64,000 nt of DNA from Camelus dromedarius (lineage: Eukaryota): positions 86,182,001 to 86,246,000 of the forward strand of contig NC_087436.1 in NCBI RefSeq assembly GCF_036321535.1. The letters are read 5' to 3'. Below the pieces are notes generated by a model. That model had not been told where the DNA came from and ran no database searches. It saw only the letters and a program-made list of their open reading frames with translations. This document shows, in pieces, positions 25,245-37,100 of this stretch; the stretch's first letter is position 1; the number at the start of each line of letters is the position of its first letter. Both the position numbers and the translations under genes were made by a program.

Positions 25245-25790
25245 TTTTTAAGAGCTGTTTTAGACTTTAAGGAAAATTGAGAAGATAGTAGAATTCCCTA
25301 TACTCTTGCGTGCAGTTTTTTCTATTATTAACATCTTATATAATATGTTTGCTCAAATTAATGAGCCAACATTGATACATTTTTATTAACTAAAGTCAAT
25401 AGTTTGTTTAGATTTCCTTAGTTTTTATCTAATTTCCTTTTTTGGTTCCAGAATCCTGTCCCAGGACACCGTGTTACGTTTAGTCATCATGTCTCCTTAG
25501 GCTCCTCTTGGCTGTGACAGTTTCTCAGACTTCCCTTGTTTTTGATGACCTTGGATCTTCAGGAGTACTGTTCAGGTATTTTGTAGGATGCCTCACTAGG
25601 GGAACTTGTCTAACATTTTCCTTATGGTTAGAATGGGTTATGGATTAGGGGAGGAAGATCAGAAAGTTTCAATGTTATTTTTTGTCAGGTGTCACCACTG
25701 TAAAGTTAGTCTTCCCCCCTTTTCCTTGGAAGCAAGTCCCTGTATATGTAGTCCACACTTCAGGAGCAGGGACTTACGCTCCCCTTTATT
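25245..25790 (-). mobile_element. Old L1M 3' UTR fragment
   Basis: 'tttagactttaaggaaaattgagaagatagtag...ttaatgagccaacattgatacat...ttggctgtgacagtttctcagacttcc' is typical of old L1M 3' ends. Confidence 0.65.
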
Positions 25791-26989
25791 ATTGTTTTTT
25801 CAGTAGTTGTATTTGATTAAGAGGTTCTGTGTTGGCTCTGTCTGTCAAATTGCTGGTTGTAGAAATTGAATCCTTCTCCAGGATTTGCTGTCCTCCTTAA
25901 TACAGTGGATACAGGTTCTTTACATCATCTCCACAGCATCTCACATTACAACCTCCTTTTACTTTTCTCTCCCTTTACTTGTAACACCGTACTCTCTCAG
26001 TTTACCTCTCACCACTTTGGCTACTCTCAATTTCCTTTGTCAGTTCTTCCCCCTATCCCCATCTCTACTCACTGAAATTCCTTCATCCTACATCCTCTTA
26101 TCTTCTTACTCTCTCCCTGGGCCACCTCACCTCTTGACTTTTGAGCCACCATGGTCACTTCTATGGCTACCTCCACCATCTATGAGCTGATGGGTCCCAA
26201 ATGTATTTATTTCCCACTAAGACTTATATTTCTAGCCTCTCCTCTGACTCCTCTCTCTTTCTCCCCCTCAATCTTATTTATCCATTCATCTACACACATA
26301 CCTATCCATCTATCTATGTACTATCTCTGTGTATCTACTTATATCTCTGACACTCTACTGGGCATCTCCACTGGGTGTCTCACATTCCACAAGCTAAATA
26401 CATTATCCTCTTCTACAAATCTAGGACCTTTTCAGGTGTAGCTGAACTCAAGGGGCTCAGACATGGTCATCAGGATATAGTCAAGCTTGCTTCATCCCTT
26501 GGTTCTGCTTTCCTCGGTGCTGGCATCATTCTTAGACTGTTCCTACCATTGCAAGAATAATGTGGTTCCTAGTTGAGTCACAGAAAAAGAGATCCCCATC
26601 CCCTTTCCCAATAGTTCTATTAAAAGTCTTGGTATTGAATCTCATTGGTTCTGTCTGAGTCATGTACCCATTCAAACTAATCACTGTGCCACAGGGTATC
26701 CCATACTCTCTAATTTGCCACCCTAGGTTATACTCTTGGAACTGGGGATGTGGTCAGCTTAACCCAATCAAATATGCCAAGAGTAGGGGAGGGGAGGATG
26801 TGTGCTGTTTTCAGAAGAAGAAGGGGATATATGCTGCATATGTTGGACTACTGATCTCCCATTTAGAGATTTTAAAATGCACACCTGATAATGTCATGGC
26901 TTGACTTCACATCCTCAGTGTATCTTTACTTTTAGAGTGAACGTGTGTCTCTTTACTAAGACCTTCAAGTTTATGTCAACCTCTTTGAC

Positions 26990-27079
26990 TTTATTTTATT
27001 TTTATTTTCATTTTATTGAAGTATAGTCAGTTACAATGTATCAATTTCTGGTGTACAGCATAATGTCCCAGTCATGTAC

Positions 27080-27144
<65 letters not shown>

Positions 27145-27305
27145 CACACACACATATATTTGTTTTCATATTCTTTTTCATTAAAGGTTGTTACAAGATA
27201 TTGGATATAGTTCCCTGTGCTATACAGAAGAAATTTGTTTTTTATCTATTTTTATATATAGTGGTTAATCTTTGTAAGTCTCGAACTCCCAAATTTATCC
27301 CTTCT
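26990..27305 (-). mobile_element. Short L1 3' end with an internal (TA)n(CA)n microsatellite
   Basis: Reverse complement aligns by eye with the L1 3' UTR at 21260-21480; T-rich tail at 26990-27017. Confidence 0.88.
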
Positions 27306-27313
27306 CTTTCATC

Positions 27314-27730
27314 TTTTTTTTTCCTTCAGCTAAGACAGCAGAAGAGATGCTTTATTTTGCACACATTACATTCAGCCACAACTGAGAACAGAACTAGTCC
27401 AGAATATCACAGGTCCAGGGCAAAGGACCCAAAGGGACCATTTTGATAGGAGCAAGATGTGTCTCTTAAAGGTGGTCAAGGCGATCAGAATGGTGACAGA
27501 TGTTCCCCATTAAGACAAGTTCTAGACTGTAGACATGCAGTCCAACAGTTTCTGTCAGCACCCCTGGCCTCTGGCTTTCCTTGCTTCTGCTCCTGCAGCT
27601 TCCATGGGTGTACATGTTCACTGGGACCTCTGCATCATCTTCTTTTGCGCTTCAGCCTGTGCATTCGCTTCTTCCTCCACCTCGTTCTCATGGCACAGAG
27701 GCTTCTCAGAAGATGGCATTAAGGCCGGGA
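27314..27730 (-). pseudogene. RPL41: Processed pseudogene of ribosomal protein L41
   Basis: Minus strand ATG at 27691 reads MRTRWRKKRMHRLKRKRR* (RPL41 is [25 protein letters not shown]). A 4-nt deletion gives TGA at 27637-27635. No introns; 5' UTR, 3' UTR, AATAAA (27356-27351) and poly-A (27322-27314) are present. Confidence 0.93.
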
Positions 27731-27849
27731 CCTCCTCTTTGATCTGTTTGCAGTTTGGCTCTGCCTTCCTTGCTATGGTCCAACCACACTGTCTTTACTT
27801 TGTACCTAATTTGGGCCATGCTCTTTTCTGCCTCAGAGTCTTTAAGCAT

Positions 27850-28032
27850 TGCTATAGACTGAATGTTTTGTTCCCCCAAATTCCTATGTTAAGATCTTAA
27901 CCCCTCAGTGTGACAGTGTTAAGTGTTGGGGCCTGTGGTAGATGATTAGGTCATGAGGGCAGATAAATAAATTTCTGTTGTTTATAAGCCACCTAGTCTA
28001 TGGCATTCTGTTACAGCTGCCCAAACGAAGAC
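27850..28032 (+). mobile_element. MLT1A-like MaLR LTR with an internal deletion
   Basis: Both termini present ('tgctatagactgaatg...' and '...aataaatttctgttgtttataagccacc...aagaca'); 5-bp TSD agcat/aacat. Confidence 0.75.
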
Positions 28033-28401
28033 AAACATGCCATTTTCACTACCTAGAAATTTCTCCTCTCTTCTATTTCCCCACCCTCATACTTTGACAC
28101 TTTGACACTTAAGTGTCATTTCCCCAGAGAAGAATTCCTGACTTCTCAGTGAGTTAAGTCCATCAACTCTTATGGTCCCCTGTACTTCATGGGACTAACC
28201 ACAATCCTAATAGTTAATTATTTTTATAATTATCTGTCACCCTTCCCCCATGGCCTTTCTGCTTCATGAAGGCAAGGACCGTGTTTTGTTTACTACCTTA
28301 TTGCTAAACCCTGGTTCCTGGCAGAGGGTATGGCATGTGGGAGTAATTCAATGGATATTTGTTTAATGAATGAATGAGTGAACAAACGAGGCCTTACTTG
28401 C

Positions 28402-28758
28402 TGTCTTAGTCAGCTGGGGCTGCCGCAAAAAAGTACCATAGACTGGGTGGCTTATAGACATTTATCTCTCACCAGTTCGGGAGACTGAGAGTCTCCAGAA
28501 ATATCAAAATGCTGGCCCGTTTGGATCCTGGTGAGAACCAGCTTCCTGGCTTGCAGGTAGAAGACTGTCCTCCCACCAAGGGGAGGGTGGTGGGAAGAGC
28601 AAGCTCTCTGATCTCTTCTTATAAGCACACAAATCCTATCCCAAGAAGCTCACCTAAACCTAATTACCTCCCAAAGGCCCATCTCCAAGTGACACATCAC
28701 CTTGGGGGATAGGGCTTCCACACGTGAATTTTGAGGGGACGCAATTCAGTCCATGGCA
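28402..28758 (-). mobile_element. MLT1A/MST-like MaLR solo LTR
   Basis: 'tgtcttagtcagctggggctgcc...taccatagactgggtggctta...cctaattacctcccaaaggccc...attcagtccatggca'. Confidence 0.8.
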
Positions 28759-31439
28759 CATGTGCTACCTCACAGGACCCTTGACAACCCCATGACACAG
28801 GTCCCATTTCAGGATGGAAAAAAGGAAGCTTAGAAAGTGGAACCTGCCAAAGGCCACTCAACTAGGTGGTGACAGAACTTAGAAGTTTTCAAATCTAGGA
28901 ATATTTGCCTTAAAAGCAACTGCAGATGTGTTGCCTCATGAGGCCCCTGAGGCACTATCTTGTTTGGATTTTAGCCATTTGCTGTGAAGGTAAAGGTGAA
29001 AGTATGTGAAGCAGAAATATAAAGGGGAGCTGGGATGTCAAGAAGCCTACGCTGCAGAGCACAGGAGAGCACCTGAACGCTGGAGGGAAAAGTTACTGAG
29101 AAGGTCTTTTCCGTGTCCCCAGGAAAAGACTGGGAAAGGTGTTTGACAGGAAACAGGACTCGGGAGGGCCGGGGGCGGGGGTAGTTTAGGATTATGATTT
29201 CAACAATCATCAGGGCCGTGTTTCACTCATCTCCCCTCACCCTCTCGGCCTTCTTCTGGGTCCTGCACCCTTTTGCTGGCTCTGACGGGTTTTCCAGAAC
29301 AGGAAAAAGAAGTGCAAAATAGGAAGAGCAAAAACAAGGCAGCCTCTACCTTACGCTGAGGTGGTGGGAGTTACAAAATTCTCTCTGTTGAATAGATCTC
29401 AGAATAAGAAAATTTCTCCCAAACAGAACCAGTGTTAAGATAGGGATGAGGCTCTCACAGTCCTTGGAAGCCTAACTAACTCATGATGTTCTGGAAATAG
29501 CACTAGTGACAATAAATCTCAATTCAGATAACATTTATTGAGCTCCTTCTCTGAAGCAGGAGCTGTGGAAAGTGCTGGAGATTTAAGGAGCTGTGGATGA
29601 CCTCCCTTGGGAGGTTGTCAGTTATGTGATAATTTAGATACTTTGGGGCACCAGCCCCTTATCTTGGCCACCATTCCTACAGAAAGGTGAATTCTCAGTC
29701 ACAGCACACAGGGTGTGGACCATGCCTGGATCATACAGACCTTCCTTCATCTGGTTCCCTTTTCTCACCCTCCCATTTGCAGCCATTCCTTTAACTGAGT
29801 GCAGCCACTTGGCCTCCCAGTTCTTGCCAAGAAGGAAAGTCAGGAGCTTGACCTATCCAGTGCACTAGAGTTGAGGTCTTGAGTTTGACCCTTAAATAGC
29901 CATTTGACTGTAAAGCAGCTTCTCTGAAACTAAAGAATAAATTACATCCTCCTTGTTACCTCACAGAGTTCTTGAGGAATATTAAATGATGTATATGTGC
30001 TTCATAAACAGTAATGCAAAAACAAAATGCAAAAAAAATTGTGCTAACCCTCACAGAGTCAGTTAGTTGGATGGAGCCTTAGGCCCTATTGCTACCCCGT
30101 ATTTACTATGTGCCAGGCTCTCTTTTAAGCATTACACATGTTTTAATCCATTTCATCTGCAGAGCAGCCCAGTGGGGTAGTACTATTTATTATTCTTATT
30201 TTGCACATGAGGGGCAGAGAGATTAAATGACTTATCCAGGGTCACATCATAAATGGCAGAGCTAAGATTCAAAGGCAGGCAGTCAGGCTCCAGGGCCCAC
30301 TATTAACCACCAAACCAAGCTGCCCCCTGTCTGCTCTGTTACCACCCAGTCACTGTATACTTCTCTGGGACCACTTGACAGAATTATGATTGCTTGCCTT
30401 AGTGATAAATAAGCTACTGGAAGGCAGAAACTCATCATACACACACACACATCCACACCCACAGTGCCTGCCACATAGTTGGAACTCAGTAAATATTTAT
30501 TGAATGAATAAATGAACAAATGTCAAGAGAGATATACAGGAAGCCTGATACAATCTACTGTGTTTTTTATCTTTTCCTGTCTAACTATGCTCATTTCCTT
30601 CAAGCTTTACCAGTAGGATGTTCCTTGGCATTTCACTGTCTTAACTGCACTTTCTCAACTTCAACAATAACCCATCTAAACTACTTGGAAGTGAACACTG
30701 TACTTGGAGAATATTCTGACCCACACTGGTTCCAGTATGACTATTCTCTCCTGTCTCCCCAGTGGATGCTCATTATCCAAGATCTTTCAGGAGCCCACTG
30801 CTGCCCCTAAACTGTATGCCTGGGCAGGTTCTTTAAAACCACGTAACTGATGTGACCCTTGGGCCTTTATTACTGGTCTTAGACCATTAAATGGAATCCA
30901 TAAACTCTTCCCTCCCCTCTCTTCACCTTTCCTTTCCTGGGAGGAGCTATAAGGAAGGAAAAGGGATTCCCTAAGGTCTTAAGGATAGAAAGAAGTGTGT
31001 AGTTGATGAAGCAGTTGGGGCAGGAAATTGCATCTTCTAATCTGGAATCCAGAGAATTTGTCAGTTTTGTTTCATGGCATGACTACAATGAGTTCTCTTG
31101 TAAGAAAAAAAAAATCAGCATCATTGGCCTCATATATTGTACTATATTTAAGGGGATGATGGGATAAGATGTTTGAATTTGGATATGTTTTGGAAAATTC
31201 GGTATTCTAGTAGACAAAAATATGTGCGGTGTGTCTGTTGGGTTCCTTAAATTGGAAAAGTACAGGCCCTGGTTCTCATCACAGACTAAAAAAAACCGAC
31301 GAAAAGAGAGATCCGATGATTAGATAAACTGGCAACCACACGCACAATAAATTCTCTATTCCAACTGGGCTTTTTATTTTCAGTTGTTTTGGTTAGAGAC
31401 TACTTTGGGAGTCTAAGTGCTCCACTGGACACTCATAGC

Positions 31440-32300
31440 GCTGCTCTTGGAGCCGGGGTCAACGCCACCAGCCCCCAGAGCCACTCCCCCTCTCGCATGG
31501 GTGACCCATCTGCCGGAGGGCGGGGCCGCGCCGGCGGGAGCGCGCCCTCGAGGCGTCACCGGCGGGTGGAAGTGGAGGAAGGCAGGCCACCCGGGGGAGC
31601 GCGCAAGGCCTCACGTGCGCGCTCTCGCGCGTCAGCTCGCGCGCCCACGCGCCCGCCGGCTCGCCCGCCCTGCAGTCCCGGGAAGTCTCGCGATGCCGTA
31701 GCCGGGTGCTCCCGCTGCGGGTGGCTCTGGCTGTTGCTGTGGTTGCCTGAGTTGCTGCTGCGGCGGTGGCGGTGGCGGCGGTGCTGGTGGAGGTGTCGGC
31801 CCTTGGGCGGATGTTGACATTGTGTTGTTATTGCTGACGGTAATGGCGGCGGCGGCGGCCAGGACCCCATCTCCTCTGTAGCCGAAGGCGAGACAGCCCA
31901 GAGCGAACTCCACGGCCTCGGAGCTCGCGGCAGCGATTCCCCTCAGCCTCCGTCGCTTCGCCAGCCCGTATCCCGGCCCCCAGCCCCACTGGAGTCAGGC
32001 CCCTTCGGGCGGGGGGCCTCGGCGGTTCAGGATGGCGGATTTCGACGAGATCTACGAGGAGGAGGAGGACGAGGAGCGGGCCCTGGAGGAGCAGCTGCTC
32101 AAGTACTCTCCGGACCCGGTGGTGGTCCGCGGCTCCGGTCACGTCACCGTGTAAGGCCGGAGGAGGGCGAGGGCGAGGGCGAGGACGGGAGGTGCAGGGC
32201 TGGGCGGGCCCCCTGGCTCCACGGGGGCCCTCTCTCCTCGGTGTCCGTCTTGTGTCGGAGGCCTGTGGGCAGAGTAGGCGACCAGGAAGTGAGAACTTGC
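31440..32300 (+). promoter_or_regulatory. CHIC2: CHIC2 CpG-island promoter and 5' UTR
   Basis: Dense CpG, GC box gggcgggg at about 31518, CACGTG at 31612, TCTCGCGA at 31686-31693, no TATA box seen. Confidence 0.88.
32032..32150 (+). CDS. CHIC2: Cysteine-rich hydrophobic domain 2, coding exon 1
   Basis: MADFDEIYEEEEDEERALEEQLLKYSPDPVVVRGSGHVT(V); strong Kozak aggATGG; donor GT|gtaagg. Confidence 0.96.
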
Positions 32301-33933
32301 TTGATTTTCATTTGTCTGTCCCCACTTCGGGGACAGACACTGCCCTTCCTCCCCTACACACCCCTCTTAGCAGGCCCTGCGGGCCTGGGTGCTGTGACGG
32401 ATCCCAGAAGGGAAGGTTATTCTTTAGGGTCTGCCCTTCCGGCCACCCCTTCAGCTTCGGGCTGCAAATACACGTATTTTATGAGGCGCCTCCCCCTTGT
32501 TTTCTCTTCCAGTTACCCTGTGCTTCTGTCTCCTCGGCTGTGCCTTTGAGCCTAGTGACATGCGGCTCAGAGGCCACATCTGGGCCGAGTGAGACCCCAG
32601 TGACAATCGGTAGTGAGTGGTTCACTGTTGTTGTGTCGATTTCACACATCCCCAGCGGTCTCCACAATTTCTTGCAGAATCAATTCCTGTGGAACTAATG
32701 CAAGTTCCTGTAATTGTGTATGATAAAAATGTGTAGATGAACATATATATTTATGATGCGGAACGATATATGTTTACAGATAATTTAAGAAAAATCTACG
32801 TGATGGACAAACACTGCTCAGGTTACCGAGGGTTCTCTGTAGCCTAAGTCCCTCCTTTGGACATGAACTCTGGGATGCTTCTTCATTTGATAAGGGTTCC
32901 TGTTAGTCCAACTGGCAACATTTGAAAGTCCGATATTATTCAAACAATAAGGAAGGAGAACTTTCTGAAAGGTCATGACTAATAAAGGAATGTGAGGACT
33001 TGAACCAAATAATGAGCTGTCCGGAAGCAGGAAGTTTTGTAATGTTTTTGAGAAGTCCAGAGTTTTGTACCACTTTAAGTATTTATACTCTTTTTCATTT
33101 TAGATCTTTTGTTCAAGTCATAGATCAAACTTCATGCTTGTCAGATATATCCACACTTCACCTTTTTAGTAAAACAAAAGGGCCAGCAAGTCTGAGACTG
33201 TCTGGAACACTTTTCATTATATTTTTGGTACAGGGTGAGTAGGATGTGCAGTGAATAACTTCGAGTGAAACAGTAGGACTTCTCATATAAGATAGTCAGC
33301 AAAATCCTTGCATTTCTCAATACGTGATATGACCAGCCATATTGTTGTTTGGATATGCTATGTAATGCTTTGATTTCTTTAGCACCTGTTAGTTTTTGTT
33401 CAGGTGACTTAACAGGATAAAAACACTGCATTATTACTGTCACAGTGCCATGGGAAGACAATGGAATTTATCACCACAATAACAGTTACTTAGTATTTTA
33501 ACTGTTATCACCAGTAGAATTAAGAAATATAACCAAATATTATGGATATTAAATCTTTCTTTAACATATATCATAGAAACTTTTAAGTCTCATAGCCTGC
33601 CATTTAAGTTTTGTTTGACTGTTAGGACCTTTTTACATTATTTTAAACCTAAGGAGTGTATGGGTGCTTAAAGAAGAAATTTTCAAAATTTATCATGGTA
33701 TCTGCCCACTCTTCCCCTTATATTCTTCATATCAAAGAAAAGCTAGCAAGATTTTATTTTAAAAGGTGCAGCTATGGTTGTAATGTTTCCTCTGTTTAGG
33801 GAAAAGGAAAGCTAGGTACTTTGTTGGGCATAATGGAAAGTGTAATAGGTGAAGTGCTCAGAACCAAATAGGTGATTAGTAAATTTGATTTTAGTTGGCT
33901 ACTTAGAGAGGCTAACAGGGTGGAAGAGGTTAA

Positions 33934-34122
33934 CAGGTGGTTCTCACTTAGTTGCCCATTAGAATCACCTGGAGAACTTAAAAAAATATATATCCTTGTC
34001 TTTACCCCCAGGCCAGGCAATTGAAAGCCAAGTATCTGAGTGAGGGTCCCAGGCTTGGATACTTTTTTTGAAAAGTTCTACAGATGATTCAAATATGTAT
34101 CCAGGACTGAAAACCACTATTC
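33934..34122. mobile_element. MER5-like hAT-Charlie non-autonomous DNA transposon
   Basis: 'gtggttctca...cattagaatcacctggagaactt...gatgattcaaatatg...tgaaaaccact' with degenerate terminal inverted repeats. Confidence 0.75.
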
Positions 34123-37100
34123 CAGAGTATAAGAGGAACTGCCACCAGTAAGGAGTATGCCTTTCTACATGGGGAGCTGATGTTTCTGTGGTCTCCCTCA
34201 GCATCTTCCCTTTCTTTCCTGTTGCCTTGGTTCTAAGCTCTGGGTTCAGATCTACCCTCTGCCACTTCTTGGATAAATTATTTATCTATGTCTCTTTATT
34301 TAAGATAAGGATAGTTATAGTTTCTAACTTTTAAGATTATTAGGGATTAAATGAGACAATACTTTCAAAGACTTCATCACATTGTGTGGTACTGTGCTTA
34401 CTAAATATTAGCCTTCATTAATTATCATCCACACATATAGTATTCTACTTTGAGAAACATAGGTATAAAGCACAGTGCTAAGAAATCTGAACTGCTGTTT
34501 TCAAACCTAATAGTAATTCACTTTAGCCTTGTTTTTCTATTGCTAGATGACTTGTATGAGGTTAAATTGTTGTGAGAAATATTTTGATGAGAATTGATAA
34601 GAATCTTTCTGCATTGAAAACCTAAGCCTGTTTTGTGGTGACATAGTTAAGTATAGTAATACAAAACTTTTTTTTTTACATGACTCTGTCATGCATAATT
34701 CAGTCATACTAATGCTAATAGGACCCCAGTTAACACCTATAAAAGGTTTTGAAATTGGTGCTTATGGGTTGCTATACCTGTTGAGCATGTTCAGTTTTTC
34801 TTTCTTTTAAGTGTAAATGAAAAGAGCTATTAAAACAATTATAATAAGACTGGTTAAGCTTATCACTGCCACTGCCCTACCCTCCCACCCCTCCACCAAC
34901 CACACTTGTTTTTTTTTTAAATTAAGGAGCTGTTCAGAGCAGTTTTCCCTTACCAATTTGAAAGTAAATTATGTTGTAAACTGAATCATCTGTAATCCAG
35001 ATCAGTCTGAAAAGATATAGATTCATCCACATGGTTTTTCACAAATTTTACTTTCGAGTAGACCTTTATGGTTGAAAATTTCTAGTCTTTTCCCCCTCTA
35101 CTTTAATATATTATAATATTACTCTTATTTTATTTTAGAAATCATTATATTCTCATAGGGCATAATTTGGCATGTCATTATAGTAATGTAAGAAAGTAAG
35201 TTACCTTCTATTTACTGCTACACAATCAGGTCTTGGTTACTTTTGGAGTATAGATTTGGGGGACATAAAATTGGATCTAAAATGTATAATTTGCCCTAAT
35301 AAAATCTGCTTTAAGTGTGGTTTTTAATAAAATATTTTCATAGTGACCCCAAATCAGACTTACACTTTGTACTTCCATCATGATCAGTATTCTTTCTTGA
35401 CATTGTTTTAGATAAATATAATAATTTCCTTCGTAGTTAGATTTGTATGTAGCAATATGGAACAAGGTGGCAGCTCCAACAGGGAGAAATCTTGTGCAGA
35501 AGAATATTTTGAGGAAAAGTGGTATTGAAGGAAGAGAGGGAATGATAAGTTCCTATTATTGCATAATATTTATGTACATGTAATTTAAAACTCTAGAGCT
35601 CACACTTAAATTAAGAGTAGATTTCCTATGTGTGTGTGTGAGTATGTGTATTTCTCATAATGTAATGAAGATGAGAAATAAAGTGATTATTAGGTGGTTT
35701 TGGCCAGATTGGTTAATATTTTTAAATTATGGCATTCTTTGCCCCTCATAATTTGTGCAAAATATAATGACTCTTGGTTGAAGACTAATTTTTCAGAATG
35801 ATAATAGTGATGTGTTAATCTAAAAATTAGAATTTAAAGCTAGTTTTAGGCCAGTATTTCCTAGCTAATTCATCGTTATAACTGACATTATTTGCTTCTG
35901 TCTCATTTCGTGCCCTCCTAAATCAGAATCAAACTTGGAGCTTTCCTAGGGCATGCATAATCTTTGACTTCTGACTTCAGCCCTGTCTTAAAGCCAACTT
36001 ATTTTTACTGAGGTTTGTTTCTAATGTTATTCTCTTCTGATTTCACAAAATTATCATATCTTTGAGTACTTCGTCTAAGATATAATCTTCACATCTCCAC
36101 AAATAATTCCTTATCCTTCAGCACCAGTTTTTATCAATGGCTGTAGAACATCGCTCTCTTTGTCTTCATCTCAGGTATGCTGTGGAAAATTGAAAGATTT
36201 AGAAACGTGACTTGAAATGAAAGAATCTGGAAACATTTTGGGATACAATAGGGTCTTTGCATAGGAAATGGCACAGAAACACTTTAGTATTTATTGAACT
36301 TTCAAATGGTAGAGTTAAAAAAAAAATTGTCTGTCCTGAACTGTCCTTATTTCAAGACTGCTCCTAGATGCTGTGGTTAAGCAATAAGAGGCATGAATAT
36401 GATTTGCCCAAATAACAGATTCACTTCAATTAAATACTTTTTCAAAACTTCATAACTCCCATCTCCTTTCCTCCACCCAGTATAGTCATTCCATTTTTAA
36501 AAGATTAAACTTTTTGTTTTGACATTTTTGAAGAACTTACTGATATTTCTCCATAAAGCTGTGTAGTTCTTTGAGGACAGGAATTATGCTTATTGGTCTT
36601 TATTTGTCCACTACTTAATATAATGTCTGGAATATTATGGGCCCTGAAATGTTCTCTAAATAAATGAGGTAATTGTATACATCTTTGGACCTTATCAGAA
36701 CAGTAAACTGAAGTTTCCAAATTTTGCTATATTTTAATTTGAAATTCACAGGCTATTTCAGTCCAAACAGTTTAGTGTGGGATTTCTGCCTGCTAACAGA
36801 TGTGAAATTAACTAATACTTAAAATTTTATCTGACTAGCTAAATGGAATACAGAGACTAAATGATGGAGAGTAAATTATATGAAATTGTTTACAGTGGTA
36901 AATAATCAAATAGTACTATTATTCTAAATCATGTTACTCATAATAATATTGCTCTAAAGAATAGTGTTTTTGAGAGCTGCTCTTGAATTCCAACTTGAGT
37001 TTATATTCCTATCAGGTTAAACGCCCAGTATATTAGACCAACTATATACTCAGAAGGGAATCTTTTAAGTCTCTATAGTGTCTATGTCTGGTTTAGCTTT

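Noticed and set aside
31389..32698. Several 90-170 aa ORFs around the CHIC2 CpG island
   Set aside because: Stop-poor GC-rich sequence giving low-complexity products. Only 32032-32150 matches a known protein.
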